DNA of 32,000 nt from Vibrio cholerae ATCC 14035 (lineage in GTDB: Bacteria > Pseudomonadota > Gammaproteobacteria > Enterobacterales > Vibrionaceae): contig NZ_JHXR01000014.1 in assembly GCF_000621645.1 (NCBI RefSeq), positions 136,748-168,747 on the forward strand, read 5' to 3'. Below are positions 16,910-25,678 of this stretch, piece after piece (the first letter of the stretch is position 1; each line of letters begins with the position of its first letter). Made by a program: the position numbers and the translations under genes. Under the pieces are notes generated by a model, which had not been told where the DNA came from, made no database searches, and saw nothing but the letters and a program-made list of their open reading frames with translations.

Positions 16910-18613
16910 TTAAGCCTTAGCAAACTTGTAAGTACGGTAACCCCCAATCAGGTTGCGTGCTTTAAAGCCGTTATTGACCAGTTGACGGTACGCTACGTTA
17001 CCGCGTAACCCAACTTGGCAATAAATCACAATCTCTTTGTCTTTTGGCAGCTCGTTCATGCGCTGGCGCAACTGGTCAACAGGAATATTGATTGCGCCGG
17101 GAAAATAACCCATGTTTTGTAACTCCATCGGGTTACGCACATCGAGCAGCACTTGCTCATCGGTGAGATTATCAATCTCATCAAAATGGATCGCTTTCGC
17201 ATCACCTTTTATCAGGTTGGTGGCGACAAAGGCGGCTTGGTTAATCACATCTTTCGCGCTACCAAACGGTGGAGCGTAGGTCAGTTCAAGGTGCTGTAAC
17301 TGCTCAACCGTCATGCCTGCACGCTGCGCAACCGCCATCACGTCGATGCGTTTATCGATGCCATCTTTACCTACGGCTTGTGCGCCGAAGATTTTGCCTG
17401 TCTGGGGATCAAACAACATCTTGAACGACACCACTTCCGCACCCGGGTAGTAGCTCGCATGGCTTGCGGTGTGCACATACACTTTTTCGTAAGCAATGCC
17501 TTCACGCTTAAGTTGCTTTTCATTTTTACCGGTCGAAGCGACCGCTAAATCAAAAATCTTACAAATCGCAGTACCTTGTGTGCCTTGGTAGCTTTCGTTG
17601 CGGCCAAGCATGTTATCTGCGGCCATACGACCTTGGCGGTTGGCAGGACCTGCCAGTGGCACGAGCGTTTGCTTGCCTGTGACAAAGTCTTTCTCTTCAA
17701 CCGCATCACCAACCGCGTAAATCGCCGGATCGCTGGTTTGCATCTGCTCGTTAACCCAAATACCACCGAGTTCTCCGAGCTGCAAACCGGCTTCCGCAGC
17801 CAGTTTGGTTTCTGGGCGTACACCAATCGCCATGATCAGAATGTCGGTAGTTAGCGTGTCACCATTGCTGAGCACCAAATCCAATTCGCCTTCCACGTGT
17901 TTATGCTCAAGGGATTCCCCCGATTCCGTGCTAGGTAAGGTGGCGGCGGGTCTGTATTCGACTGATTTCAAAGCCGCACCTAATCGTAAATCGATGCCTT
18001 TGGCGCGGATTTCAGCGTGAGCAAAGCCCGCCATTTCGCGATCGACCGGTGTCATCACTTGATCGGCCATTTCAATCAGCGTGGTTTTTATCCCAAGGTG
18101 ATGGAAGGCTTCCATCATTTCCAAACCGATAAAACCCCCGCCAACCACGGTAGCATGCTCAGGCTTATTCATTTGCAGCGTCTGGATGATCTTATCCATG
18201 TCTGGAATATTGCGCAGCGAATGCGTCAGTGGGTTTTGAATCCCCGGAATCGGCGGGATGACTGGACCTGCACCGGGAGAGAGCAGCAGAAAATCATAGT
18301 TTTCATCATACTCAGATTGATCGAGCAGATTACGCACAGTAATGGTCTTTGCGGCGCGATTAATGCGCAACACTTCATTCATGGTGCGCACATCCACGTT
18401 AAAACGCGCTAAAAAGCTTTCCGGTGTTTGCAGCAGCAAATTGCTGCGCTCTTTGATGTCACCACCGATGTGATATGGCAAGCCGCAGTTGGCAAAGGAA
18501 ACGTAGGGGCCACGCTCGAACATGATGATTTCAGCGTCTTCGCTGAGTCGACGCGCACGAGCCGCCGCCGAGGCTCCACCTGCAACACCACCAATAATCA
18601 CTATTTTCGTCAT
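16910..18613 (-). CDS. CoA-disulfide reductase / rhodanese fusion (NAD(P)H-dependent persulfide/polysulfide reductase type)
   Basis: 567 aa. FAD-binding site KIVIIGGVAGGASAAARA and redox Cys43 in SFANCGLPY, the CoADR signature. A second NAD(P)-binding GGGFIGLE motif is present. The C-terminal rhodanese module has active-site Cys532 in IVIYCQVGLRGN. Confidence 0.9.
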   Translation of the reverse strand: MTKIVIIGGVAGGASAAARARRLSEDAEIIMFERGPYVSFANCGLPYHIGGDIKERSNLLLQTPESFLARFNVDVRTMNEVLRINRAAKTITVRNLLDQSEYDENYDFLLLSPGAGPVIPPIPGIQNPLTHSLRNIPDMDKIIQTLQMNKPEHATVVGGGFIGLEMMEAFHHLGIKTTLIEMADQVMTPVDREMAGFAHAEIRAKGIDLRLGAALKSVEYRPAATLPSTESGESLEHKHVEGELDLVLSNGDTLTTDILIMAIGVRPETKLAAEAGLQLGELGGIWVNEQMQTSDPAIYAVGDAVEEKDFVTGKQTLVPLAGPANRQGRMAADNMLGRNESYQGTQGTAICKIFDLAVASTGKNEKQLKREGIAYEKVYVHTASHASYYPGAEVVSFKMLFDPQTGKIFGAQAVGKDGIDKRIDVMAVAQRAGMTVEQLQHLELTYAPPFGSAKDVINQAAFVATNLIKGDAKAIHFDEIDNLTDEQVLLDVRNPMELQNMGYFPGAINIPVDQLRQRMNELPKDKEIVIYCQVGLRGNVAYRQLVNNGFKARNLIGGYRTYKFAKA

Positions 18614-18678
18614 GAGTTACTCCAAGTCAGTTGCTAAAACCCTACACCGTTTCAGGATGGAAAGGGGTAGGGCTGTCA

Positions 18679-18864
18679 TTAACGTAATCCTAGTTTCTTG
18701 AGAAAGAATGCGGCAGGACAAAAGCCTGTGAATGCGCTTTGGATCAGGTTTACACCCACAAATACTGTTAACCACAGAAAGTTGGGGTGGACAAACCAAG
18801 TGAGAATGACTGAGAGCAGAACCATGCTGCCAGCTAATACTCTTACACCGTTTTCAATCGTCAT
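18679..18864 (-). CDS. DUF2892 (YgaP-type) small membrane protein
   Basis: Same frame as track ORF 18679..18945. I prefer ATG 18864, preceded by GGAGG, giving 61 aa. NGVRVLAGSMVLLSVIL...LIQSAFTGFCPAAFFLKKLG matches the DUF2892 pattern, including the C-terminal CP motif. It lies 65 bp upstream of the reductase gene on the same strand. Confidence 0.7.
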   Translation of the reverse strand: MTIENGVRVLAGSMVLLSVILTWFVHPNFLWLTVFVGVNLIQSAFTGFCPAAFFLKKLGLR

Positions 18865-18961
18865 GTTGCTAACCTCCGTTGTTGTTTGTTCAGAACTATA
18901 CGTCTGAGAATTAGCTTTGTCTAATGTAAATTTAACTAAATTCAAAATGGCTAAATAAGAA

Positions 18962-18989
18962 TTGACTAATATAATTATTTTTGTATTAT
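18962..18989 (+). promoter_or_regulatory. Near-consensus sigma70 promoter for the ArsR-family/YeeE operon inside an AT-rich divergent control region (18865-19018)
   Basis: TTGACT (18962-18967), 16-nt spacer, TATTAT (18984-18989), about 30 bp upstream of ATG 19019. An operator for the adjacent repressor is expected here, but I could not define it confidently. Confidence 0.5.
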
Positions 18990-19018
18990 CTCGTTAAATT
19001 TTAGTTAGAGGATTCGCC

Positions 19019-19336
19019 ATGCCAGAACCCACCACCATCAAGATTGAAATGGATGAAATGAAGAAGAATGCCGAAGAAGTGGCTGAATTACTGCGTGTGA
19101 TGGCTCATCCAGAACGATTAATGGTTCTATGCCAATTGACGCAGAGTGAGATGGGCGTCGGGCAGCTTCAACAAGGTTCGACGTTGAGTCAATCGGCCTT
19201 TTCACAACACCTTACTGTGCTGCGAAAGCACGGCATTATCCAAGCGCGCAAAGAATCGCAACAGGTGTTTTATCGCTTGGCGGACAGTCGGATCACGGCG
19301 TTGATTCAAAGTTTACAGAATGTGTTTTGTCGATAA
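19019..19336 (+). CDS. bigR: ArsR/SmtB-family repressor of the BigR/SqrR persulfide-sensing type
   Basis: 105 aa. Winged-HTH pattern LSQSAFSQHLTVLRKHGIIQARKESQQVFYRL. There are exactly two Cys, C38 (LMVLCQL) and C104 (NVFCR), 66 residues apart. BigR (C42/C108) and SqrR (C41/C107) have the same spacing. The flanking genes are sulfur-related. Confidence 0.8.
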   Translation: MPEPTTIKIEMDEMKKNAEEVAELLRVMAHPERLMVLCQLTQSEMGVGQLQQGSTLSQSAFSQHLTVLRKHGIIQARKESQQVFYRLADSRITALIQSLQNVFCR

Positions 19337-19352
19337 ATAAGTAGAGGAAAGT

Positions 19353-19772
19353 ATGACGTTTTCTATTCCTTGGGACTCGTTAATTGGAGGGATGCTTTTA
19401 GGGATTTCAGCGACATTGATGTTGCTTATGAACGGAAAAATCGCCGGCATCAGTGGTATTTTGACGGGCTTGTTAATGCCTAAATCGCGGGATTTTGCAT
19501 GGCGACTGCTGTTTGTGGTGGGCATGATTTCCGGTGGTGTGATCGGCGTAAAGCTCTTAGGCCATGCTGTGCCGACCGATTTTGGTGTGAGCGGTATTTT
19601 GCTTGCGACGGCAGGTTTATTGGTGGGCGTGGGGACACGACTGGCCAATGGCTGCACCAGTGGGCACGGGATCTGCGGCATTGGTCGCTTCTCTAAGCGC
19701 TCCATCGTGGCGACTTGTGTCTTTATGGCCGTTGCGGCTGCCACTGTTTTCGTTCGTCTTCATCTGATGTAA
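19353..19772 (+). CDS. YeeE/YedE-family sulfur-compound transporter, N-terminal-half-type subunit
   Basis: 139 aa, polytopic. GKIAGISGILTGLL and the Cys motif LANGCTSGHGICGIGR are typical of the YeeE/YedE (sulphur transport) family. Confidence 0.8.
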   Translation: MTFSIPWDSLIGGMLLGISATLMLLMNGKIAGISGILTGLLMPKSRDFAWRLLFVVGMISGGVIGVKLLGHAVPTDFGVSGILLATAGLLVGVGTRLANGCTSGHGICGIGRFSKRSIVATCVFMAVAAATVFVRLHLM

Positions 19773-19782
19773 GTGAGTGGTT

Positions 19783-20241
19783 ATGAATAAGCTGTTGTTT
19801 CGAGCAACTTCGCTCGTCGCTGGCCTGTTATTTGGCTTAGGAATGGTGGTATCTGGTATGGCGGATCCCGCTAAAGTGATCGGCTTTTTGGATGTGGCAG
19901 GTACTTGGGACCCCAGTTTGATGTTTGTGATGGGCGGCGCGTTAGCGGTATTCATGCCTGCTTATTTCTTACTCATCAAACCCAAAGCCAAGCCTGTTAA
20001 CGCAGAAGTGTTCTGTTTGGCCAACAACACCAAGATTGATCGTCGCTTGATCTCAGGCTCAGTGATCTTCGGTTTAGGTTGGGGGTTGGTCGGCATCTGT
20101 CCGGGGCCCGTTGTCTCAAGTCTTGCCTTAGGCAATCTCGGTGCATGGGTATTTTTCCCTGCTATGATGGTTGGCTTAGGTGCAACTAATTTATTGATCT
20201 GTATTAGAAATCGTAAAGAAAGCCAAACACAAACCGCCTAA
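19783..20241 (+). CDS. YeeE/YedE-family transporter, second subunit
   Basis: Same frame as track ORF 19777..20241, which starts at GTG. I prefer ATG 19783. Polytopic. ADPAKVIGFLDVAGTWDPSL and GLVGICPGPVV are typical of the partner half of split YeeE/YedE pairs. Confidence 0.75.
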   Translation: MNKLLFRATSLVAGLLFGLGMVVSGMADPAKVIGFLDVAGTWDPSLMFVMGGALAVFMPAYFLLIKPKAKPVNAEVFCLANNTKIDRRLISGSVIFGLGWGLVGICPGPVVSSLALGNLGAWVFFPAMMVGLGATNLLICIRNRKESQTQTA

Positions 20242-20350
20242 TGCAACTAGGCTATTAGGCAGTATCTAGGCAATCACTCTCTGACCCGCTTGACGCGTTC
20301 GCGATACCGTGTGGCAACAAGCGGGAAAGTAGAATCTGCGAGGGAAGAGG

Positions 20351-21355
20351 ATGAAAGCGTTAAGTTGGAGTATCGCACTGGTGCTTGCCAGTTCGGCCTA
20401 TGCTCAAAATCAAGACAGTAACGAACGGTTTACCGTGAAAACAGAGTCGATCTCGCAGATAGTCGAATTGGACGGTGTGGTGCAGCCGGTCAATCAAGGC
20501 TCGTTAGCCGCGCAAACCTCAGGGCGAGTGGTTGGCTTATACGTCGATGTGAATGATTTCGTAAAAAAAGATCAGGTGCTTTTGGAGATCTCGGCGGTTC
20601 AGCAATCGGCCGCATTGGATGCCGCGCAAGCTCAATTGGCGAGTGCCACGGCACAAAACCGTGAAGCACAAGCCCAGCTCAATCGTTATCGTCAACTGTT
20701 CCCCAAAGGCGCGATTTCCAAAGATCAAATGGACAGCGCCGAAGCGCGTGCACGCAGTACCGATGCCGCAGTGAAATCGGCACAAGCGGCGGTCGAACAA
20801 GCCAAAGAATCGCTAGGTTACACCAACATCACTGCACCTTATGATGGCATTGTTACCCAGCGCATGGTGGAACTGGGTGAAACTGTTGCACCGGGCACAC
20901 CCCTGCTCCGCGGTTTTTCGCTCGATGAATTACGGGTTGAAACAGAAATTCCGCAGCGTTATCAGCCTTATGTGGCAGATGTCTCTCAATTTACCGTGCG
21001 CACTGCGCAAGGTGAGCAGCTGAAACCCGTCGAATTTAGCTTATTTAGCTACGCCGATCCGCAATCGCACACCTTTAAAACTCGCCTTGAGCTGCCGCAA
21101 AACAGCGCTGCTCTGGTGCCGGGTATGTGGGTAAAAACCGAATTTAACTATGGTCAGCGTGAAGTCTTAGTGGTGCCGAGCAGCGCTGTGTTACGTCGTG
21201 CCGAATTGAGCGCGGTGTACCGAGTCAATAACGGCCAACGTGCACTGAATCCTGTACGTTTGGGGCAAGTCTATGGTGACTACGTTGAAGTGCTTTCTGG
21301 ACTTGAACTAGGTGATGTGGTCGCTACACAGGCCGTCACAGCAAAAGGTGAATGA
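20351..21355 (+). CDS. vexL: RND efflux membrane-fusion (periplasmic adaptor) protein
   Basis: 334 aa. Signal peptide MKALSWSIALVLASSAYA|Q, coiled-coil Q/A-rich hairpin, and lipoyl-like ITAPYDGIVTQRMVELGETVAPGTPLL. The symbol comes from my recollection of V. cholerae VexLM and is not verified. Confidence 0.8.
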   Translation: MKALSWSIALVLASSAYAQNQDSNERFTVKTESISQIVELDGVVQPVNQGSLAAQTSGRVVGLYVDVNDFVKKDQVLLEISAVQQSAALDAAQAQLASATAQNREAQAQLNRYRQLFPKGAISKDQMDSAEARARSTDAAVKSAQAAVEQAKESLGYTNITAPYDGIVTQRMVELGETVAPGTPLLRGFSLDELRVETEIPQRYQPYVADVSQFTVRTAQGEQLKPVEFSLFSYADPQSHTFKTRLELPQNSAALVPGMWVKTEFNYGQREVLVVPSSAVLRRAELSAVYRVNNGQRALNPVRLGQVYGDYVEVLSGLELGDVVATQAVTAKGE

Positions 21356-21356
21356 T

Positions 21357-24300
21357 ATGGAAAGTCGACTCGGTATTTCGGGTCGCATCGCTGCGGCCTT
21401 TCAAAATTCAGCCATGACACCACTGCTTGCCTTAGTCGGTTTGCTGATGGGGCTATTTGCGGTCATGGTGACGCCGAAAGAAGAAGAGCCGCAGATTGAT
21501 GTGACGTTTGCGGATGTCTATATTCCGTTTCCCGGCGCTTCTCCTCGTGAAGTGGAAAGTTTGGTGACAACGCCAGCAGAGCAGGTGATCTCTGAGATTG
21601 AAGGGATTGATAAAATCTACTCATTCTCTCAACCGGATGGCGCGATGATCGTTGCCATTTTCAAAGTGGGTGTGCCACGTAATGATGCGGTGGTGCGCAT
21701 CTACAACAAACTCTATTCCAATAAAGATTGGATGCCGCAAGGCGTTGGCGTGGGTGAGCCCATTATCAAACCGAAAGGAATTGAAGATGTGCCGATTGTC
21801 ACCATCACCTTGGCGGATAAAAGTGATCGCTTCGATCAGCAGCAACTGACGCAAGTGGCGCACGGTTTAGAAACCGAGCTCAAGCGCATTCCCGGTACAC
21901 GCGATATTTATACCATCGGTGGGCAGAACACCATTGTCGATGTTCGACTGGATCCCGCCAAAATGAACGGCTTTGGCATCACCTTAGATCAACTCAATCA
22001 AAGTCTGCCGGCGGCGAATCAAAGCTCACCGATGCTGCGTTTAACCCATGATAACCAAGAGTTCCCGGTGCAAGTTGGCCAGTTTTTAACTCGGGTGGAA
22101 GAGGTCAAGCAACTGGTGGTTGGGTTACATAACGGTAAGCCTGTTTATCTGGAAGATATTGCGAGCGTATCCTTTGGGGTTAACACGCCTACTCAAAATG
22201 TGTGGACAGGCGATCGTGACGGTATTCATCCTGCGGTCACCATTGCGATTGCTAAAAAAGGCGGGGAAAACGCGGTCGATGTCGCTAGAGCGGTGGAAGC
22301 GCGTTTAGTCAGCCTTGAAAATCAGCTGATCCCACAAGGAATTGATGTCGATATTACTCGCGATTACGGGCAAACTGCCGCCGATAAAAGCAATACCTTG
22401 ATGGGGAAACTCGCTTTCGCGACGACCGCGGTGGTGATTTTGGTGCTGCTGACCATGGGCTGGCGTGAAGCGCTGGTGGTCGGTATGGCTATCATTGTCA
22501 CCCTGATGATTACCCTATTCGCCTCTTGGGCATGGGGTTTTACACTCAATCGTGTGTCGCTGTTCGCGTTGATTTTCTCCATCGGTATCTTGGTCGATGA
22601 TGCGATTGTGGTGGTCGAGAACATTCACCGGCATATGGCGATGGGCAAACGCAAGTTGTCGGAACTCATTCCCCCTGCGGTAGATGAAGTCGGTGGGCCA
22701 ACCATTCTTGCTACCCTAACTGTTATTGCTGCCTTGTTGCCGATGGCGTTTGTGTCGGGTTTGATGGGGCCGTACATGAGCCCAATTCCAATCAACGCGT
22801 CAATGGGCATGCTGATTTCTCTGGCCGTGGCTTTTGTGCTTTCCCCTTGGCTGGCGGGTAAATTCCTTAAGGCTGGGCATCATCAAGAAGAAGGCAAAGC
22901 GGCGAATGGCATCTTCCACAAAATCATGTCGCCGTTTGTCACTGCGCCAAAGCAGGGGCGTAACCGGCTGTTTTTGCTGTTGACCATTTTGGCGCTGATT
23001 GCTGGTTCCGTACTGCTGCCTGTGTTCCAAGCCGTGGTGTTGAAAATGCTGCCGTTTGATAACAAGTCGGAATTTCAGATTGTGCTGGATATGCCCGAAG
23101 GCAGTTCGCTAGAAAAAACGCAGCGGGTCTTGTTTGAGATGGGCGCGGCACTGAATGACGTTCCTGAAGTGCGGGATTACCAAATCTATGCCGGAACGGC
23201 CGCACCGATTAACTTCAACGGTTTAGTACGCCATTATTTTATGCGTAACCAAGCCCATCAAGGCGATATTCAAGTCAACTTACTCGGGCGTAAAGAGCGC
23301 GACAGAGATAGCCACACCATCGCCAGCCAACTCCGCCCACAACTGAACGAAATAGCGCAGCGCTTTGGCGGCAAAGTGAAAGTGGTGGAAGTGCCGCCGG
23401 GGCCGCCGGTTTGGTCGCCGATTCTGGCGGAAGTGTATGGTCCAACTCAAGAAATTCGTAACGAAGCAGCACGTCAGGTGCGTGAAATTTTCCGTGAAAC
23501 GAAAGATATTGTTGACGTGGACATGTACTTGCCGGAAAGGCATGAAAAATGGCAGGTGGTGATTGATCGCAGCAAGGCCGCGCATCTGCAAGTGCCTTAT
23601 GCCTCAATTGTCGATGCTCTGGCGACCGCGGTGGGCGGCAAACCCATCACTTACTTGCACAGTGAACACAGCAAGTACCCGATTCCGATCCAGATTCAAG
23701 CTACCGAAACCGCAAAGGTGCGTTTAGAGCAGGTGCTGAATATGAAAGTCGGTAGCCCAAACGGTCACGCTTATCCGCTTTCCGATCTGGTTGAGGTTCG
23801 CCAAACCCGCATGGATGATTACATCGTCCACAAAAACTTGGTGCCTATGGTGATGGTGGTCGGCGATATGTCAGGCGAGCTGGATAGCCCACTGTACGGC
23901 ATGTTTGAGATTGGTTTTGCGCTGGATGAGCAAATGGGATTGGCGCAGTACTACATCCATCAACCCGATGGCCTAAGCGGTGTTGCGGTGGCGTGGGATG
24001 GTGAATGGACGGTGACTTACGAAACCTTCCGCGATATGGGCATTGCCTACGCAGTAGGTATGGTGCTGATTTATCTGTTGGTGGTTGCGCAGTTTAAATC
24101 TTATCTGGTGCCGCTGATTATCATGGCTCCAATCCCACTGACCATCATTGGCGTGATGCCCGGCCATGCGTTGTTGGGCGCGCAATTTACCGCCACGTCC
24201 ATGATTGGGATGATTGCGCTGGCGGGGATCATTGTGCGTAACTCCATCTTGTTGGTGGACTTTATTAACCAACAGGTCGAGCAGGGCATGGCCTTCTCAG

Positions 24301-24515
24301 AAGCCGTGATTCAGTCGGCGGCAGTGCGAGCCAAACCGATCATGCTGACCGCCTTGGCGGCCATGATTGGCGCAGTGTTTATCCTCGATGATCCTATCTT
24401 CAATGGTCTGGCGATCAGCTTGATCTTCGGGATTTTCGTCTCCACGGTACTGACCTTGTTGGTGATTCCGGTGCTCTATTACGTGGTGATGCGTAAACGC
24501 TTCGCGGCACATTAA
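21357..24515 (+). CDS. vexM: RND inner-membrane efflux transporter (AcrB/AcrD/AcrF family)
   Basis: Same frame as track ORF 21312..24515. I prefer ATG 21357, 1 nt after the adaptor stop, giving 1052 aa. It has the 12-TM RND pattern with two large periplasmic loops and the motif FSIGILVDDAIVVVENIHRH. The symbol is from memory only. Confidence 0.85.
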   Translation: MESRLGISGRIAAAFQNSAMTPLLALVGLLMGLFAVMVTPKEEEPQIDVTFADVYIPFPGASPREVESLVTTPAEQVISEIEGIDKIYSFSQPDGAMIVAIFKVGVPRNDAVVRIYNKLYSNKDWMPQGVGVGEPIIKPKGIEDVPIVTITLADKSDRFDQQQLTQVAHGLETELKRIPGTRDIYTIGGQNTIVDVRLDPAKMNGFGITLDQLNQSLPAANQSSPMLRLTHDNQEFPVQVGQFLTRVEEVKQLVVGLHNGKPVYLEDIASVSFGVNTPTQNVWTGDRDGIHPAVTIAIAKKGGENAVDVARAVEARLVSLENQLIPQGIDVDITRDYGQTAADKSNTLMGKLAFATTAVVILVLLTMGWREALVVGMAIIVTLMITLFASWAWGFTLNRVSLFALIFSIGILVDDAIVVVENIHRHMAMGKRKLSELIPPAVDEVGGPTILATLTVIAALLPMAFVSGLMGPYMSPIPINASMGMLISLAVAFVLSPWLAGKFLKAGHHQEEGKAANGIFHKIMSPFVTAPKQGRNRLFLLLTILALIAGSVLLPVFQAVVLKMLPFDNKSEFQIVLDMPEGSSLEKTQRVLFEMGAALNDVPEVRDYQIYAGTAAPINFNGLVRHYFMRNQAHQGDIQVNLLGRKERDRDSHTIASQLRPQLNEIAQRFGGKVKVVEVPPGPPVWSPILAEVYGPTQEIRNEAARQVREIFRETKDIVDVDMYLPERHEKWQVVIDRSKAAHLQVPYASIVDALATAVGGKPITYLHSEHSKYPIPIQIQATETAKVRLEQVLNMKVGSPNGHAYPLSDLVEVRQTRMDDYIVHKNLVPMVMVVGDMSGELDSPLYGMFEIGFALDEQMGLAQYYIHQPDGLSGVAVAWDGEWTVTYETFRDMGIAYAVGMVLIYLLVVAQFKSYLVPLIIMAPIPLTIIGVMPGHALLGAQFTATSMIGMIALAGIIVRNSILLVDFINQQVEQGMAFSEAVIQSAAVRAKPIMLTALAAMIGAVFILDDPIFNGLAISLIFGIFVSTVLTLLVIPVLYYVVMRKRFAAH

Positions 24516-24542
24516 CTCAAAGTGACGAGACAATTTATGGAT

Positions 24543-24575
24543 AGAGGCTGATCGCACAGGTCTGCCTCTTTTTTA
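24543..24575 (+). terminator. Putative terminator after the RND pump gene
   Basis: Stem AGAGGC (24543-24548) with GCCTCT (24564-24569), 15-nt loop, followed by a T6 run. Confidence 0.5.
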
Positions 24576-24730
24576 GGTGCTATTCGCTGTCCCAAACATG
24601 TGGCTGGCCTATTCAAGGTTGGATTATCAAAAAATTTTTGAAAATGATTCAAGCAGCAGGTGGTTTCTTGTTGTGTGTCAGTCAGATATCTTAGCGTCAT
24701 CTCGAAAGACATCATCCTTAGGAGTGAAAC

Positions 24731-25384
24731 ATGAACATTGTACAAGCGTCGCAGTCTCGCTATTCCACCAAAGCGTTTGACGCCAGCCGCAAGCTATCTG
24801 AACAGCAAGTCGCCGATCTCAAAGAGTTGGTACGCATGAGTGCCTCTAGCGTGAACTCACAACCTTGGCATTTTATTTTGGCCGGCAGTGATGAAGGCAA
24901 AACACGCATTGCCAAAGCTACGCAGGGCGGTTTTTCGTTTAATGAGCGCAAAATTTTAGATGCCTCGCACGTGATGGTGTTCTGCGCCAAAACCAGCATT
25001 GATGACGCGTATCTGCTCTCTCTGCTGGACAACGAAGATAAAGATGGCCGTTTTGCGAATGAAGAAGCCAAAACCGGCATGCATGGCGCGCGTAGCTACT
25101 TTGTAAACTTGCACCGTGAAAACCTGAACGATGCTGAGCACTGGATGCAAAAACAAGTTTACCTCAACGTGGGTACACTGCTGCTTGGTGCTGCAGCCAT
25201 GGGCATTGATGCGGTGCCGATTGAAGGCTTTGATGCTCAAGTGCTAAACGAAGAGTTTGGCTTAACCGAAAAAGGCTTCAACAGTGTGGTGATTGTGCCA
25301 CTAGGTTTCCACAGTGAAGACGACTTCAACGCCAAACTGCCTAAATCACGTTGGCCGGCGGAAGCGGTCTTTACCGAGCTGTAA
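24731..25384 (+). CDS. nfsB: Oxygen-insensitive NAD(P)H nitroreductase (NfsB / FRase I type)
   Basis: 217 aa. It aligns by eye along its whole length with E. coli NfsB: RYSTKAFDASRKL, SSVNSQPWHF, FNERKILDASHVMVFCAK, KQVYLNVG, DAVPIEGFDA, LPKSR. Confidence 0.9.
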   Translation: MNIVQASQSRYSTKAFDASRKLSEQQVADLKELVRMSASSVNSQPWHFILAGSDEGKTRIAKATQGGFSFNERKILDASHVMVFCAKTSIDDAYLLSLLDNEDKDGRFANEEAKTGMHGARSYFVNLHRENLNDAEHWMQKQVYLNVGTLLLGAAAMGIDAVPIEGFDAQVLNEEFGLTEKGFNSVVIVPLGFHSEDDFNAKLPKSRWPAEAVFTEL

Positions 25385-25387
25385 GTT

Positions 25388-25678
25388 ATGATCCATTTAC
25401 TCGCAGAAATCAAAGCCTTCCCCGATTCAGCGCAGCAAGTGCAAGCGCTGCTTGAAGCGCTCCTTGAGCCTAGTCGCAATGAAGAGGGGTGCTGCCAATA
25501 TGAGCTGTATCGTGACAACTCGATTGAGGGGCTGTTTTTAATGCAAGAAATCTGGTGCTCGGAAGAGAGCTTGCAAAAGCACCAACAGAGCGACCATTTC
25601 CAGCATTTTCAGCAAAAGATCGGTGAGCGCGAGATGTTGGAATACCTGCAGTTACGCCCACTGACGTTTGTTGGCTAA
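25388..25678 (+). CDS. ABM-domain (antibiotic biosynthesis monooxygenase / YgiN-like quinol monooxygenase) protein
   Basis: 96 aa. IHLLAEIKAFPD ... EEGCCQYELYRD ... LFLMQEIWCSEESLQKHQQSDHF is the YgiN-like ferredoxin-fold pattern. It starts 3 nt after the nfsB stop. Confidence 0.75.
   Translation: MIHLLAEIKAFPDSAQQVQALLEALLEPSRNEEGCCQYELYRDNSIEGLFLMQEIWCSEESLQKHQQSDHFQHFQQKIGEREMLEYLQLRPLTFVG

Noticed and set aside
18931-19009. Distant inverted repeat TTTAACTAAA / TTTAGTTAGA (9/10) flanking the bigR promoter, considered as the repressor operator
   Set aside because: The arms are 59 bp apart in very AT-rich DNA, so chance similarity is likely. I could not find a compact dyad that I trust.
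19313-19744. 143-aa minus-strand ORF antisense to the YeeE/YedE gene
   Set aside because: It is a Pro/Thr/Ala-rich mirror of a membrane-protein gene. The sense ORF carries the family motifs.
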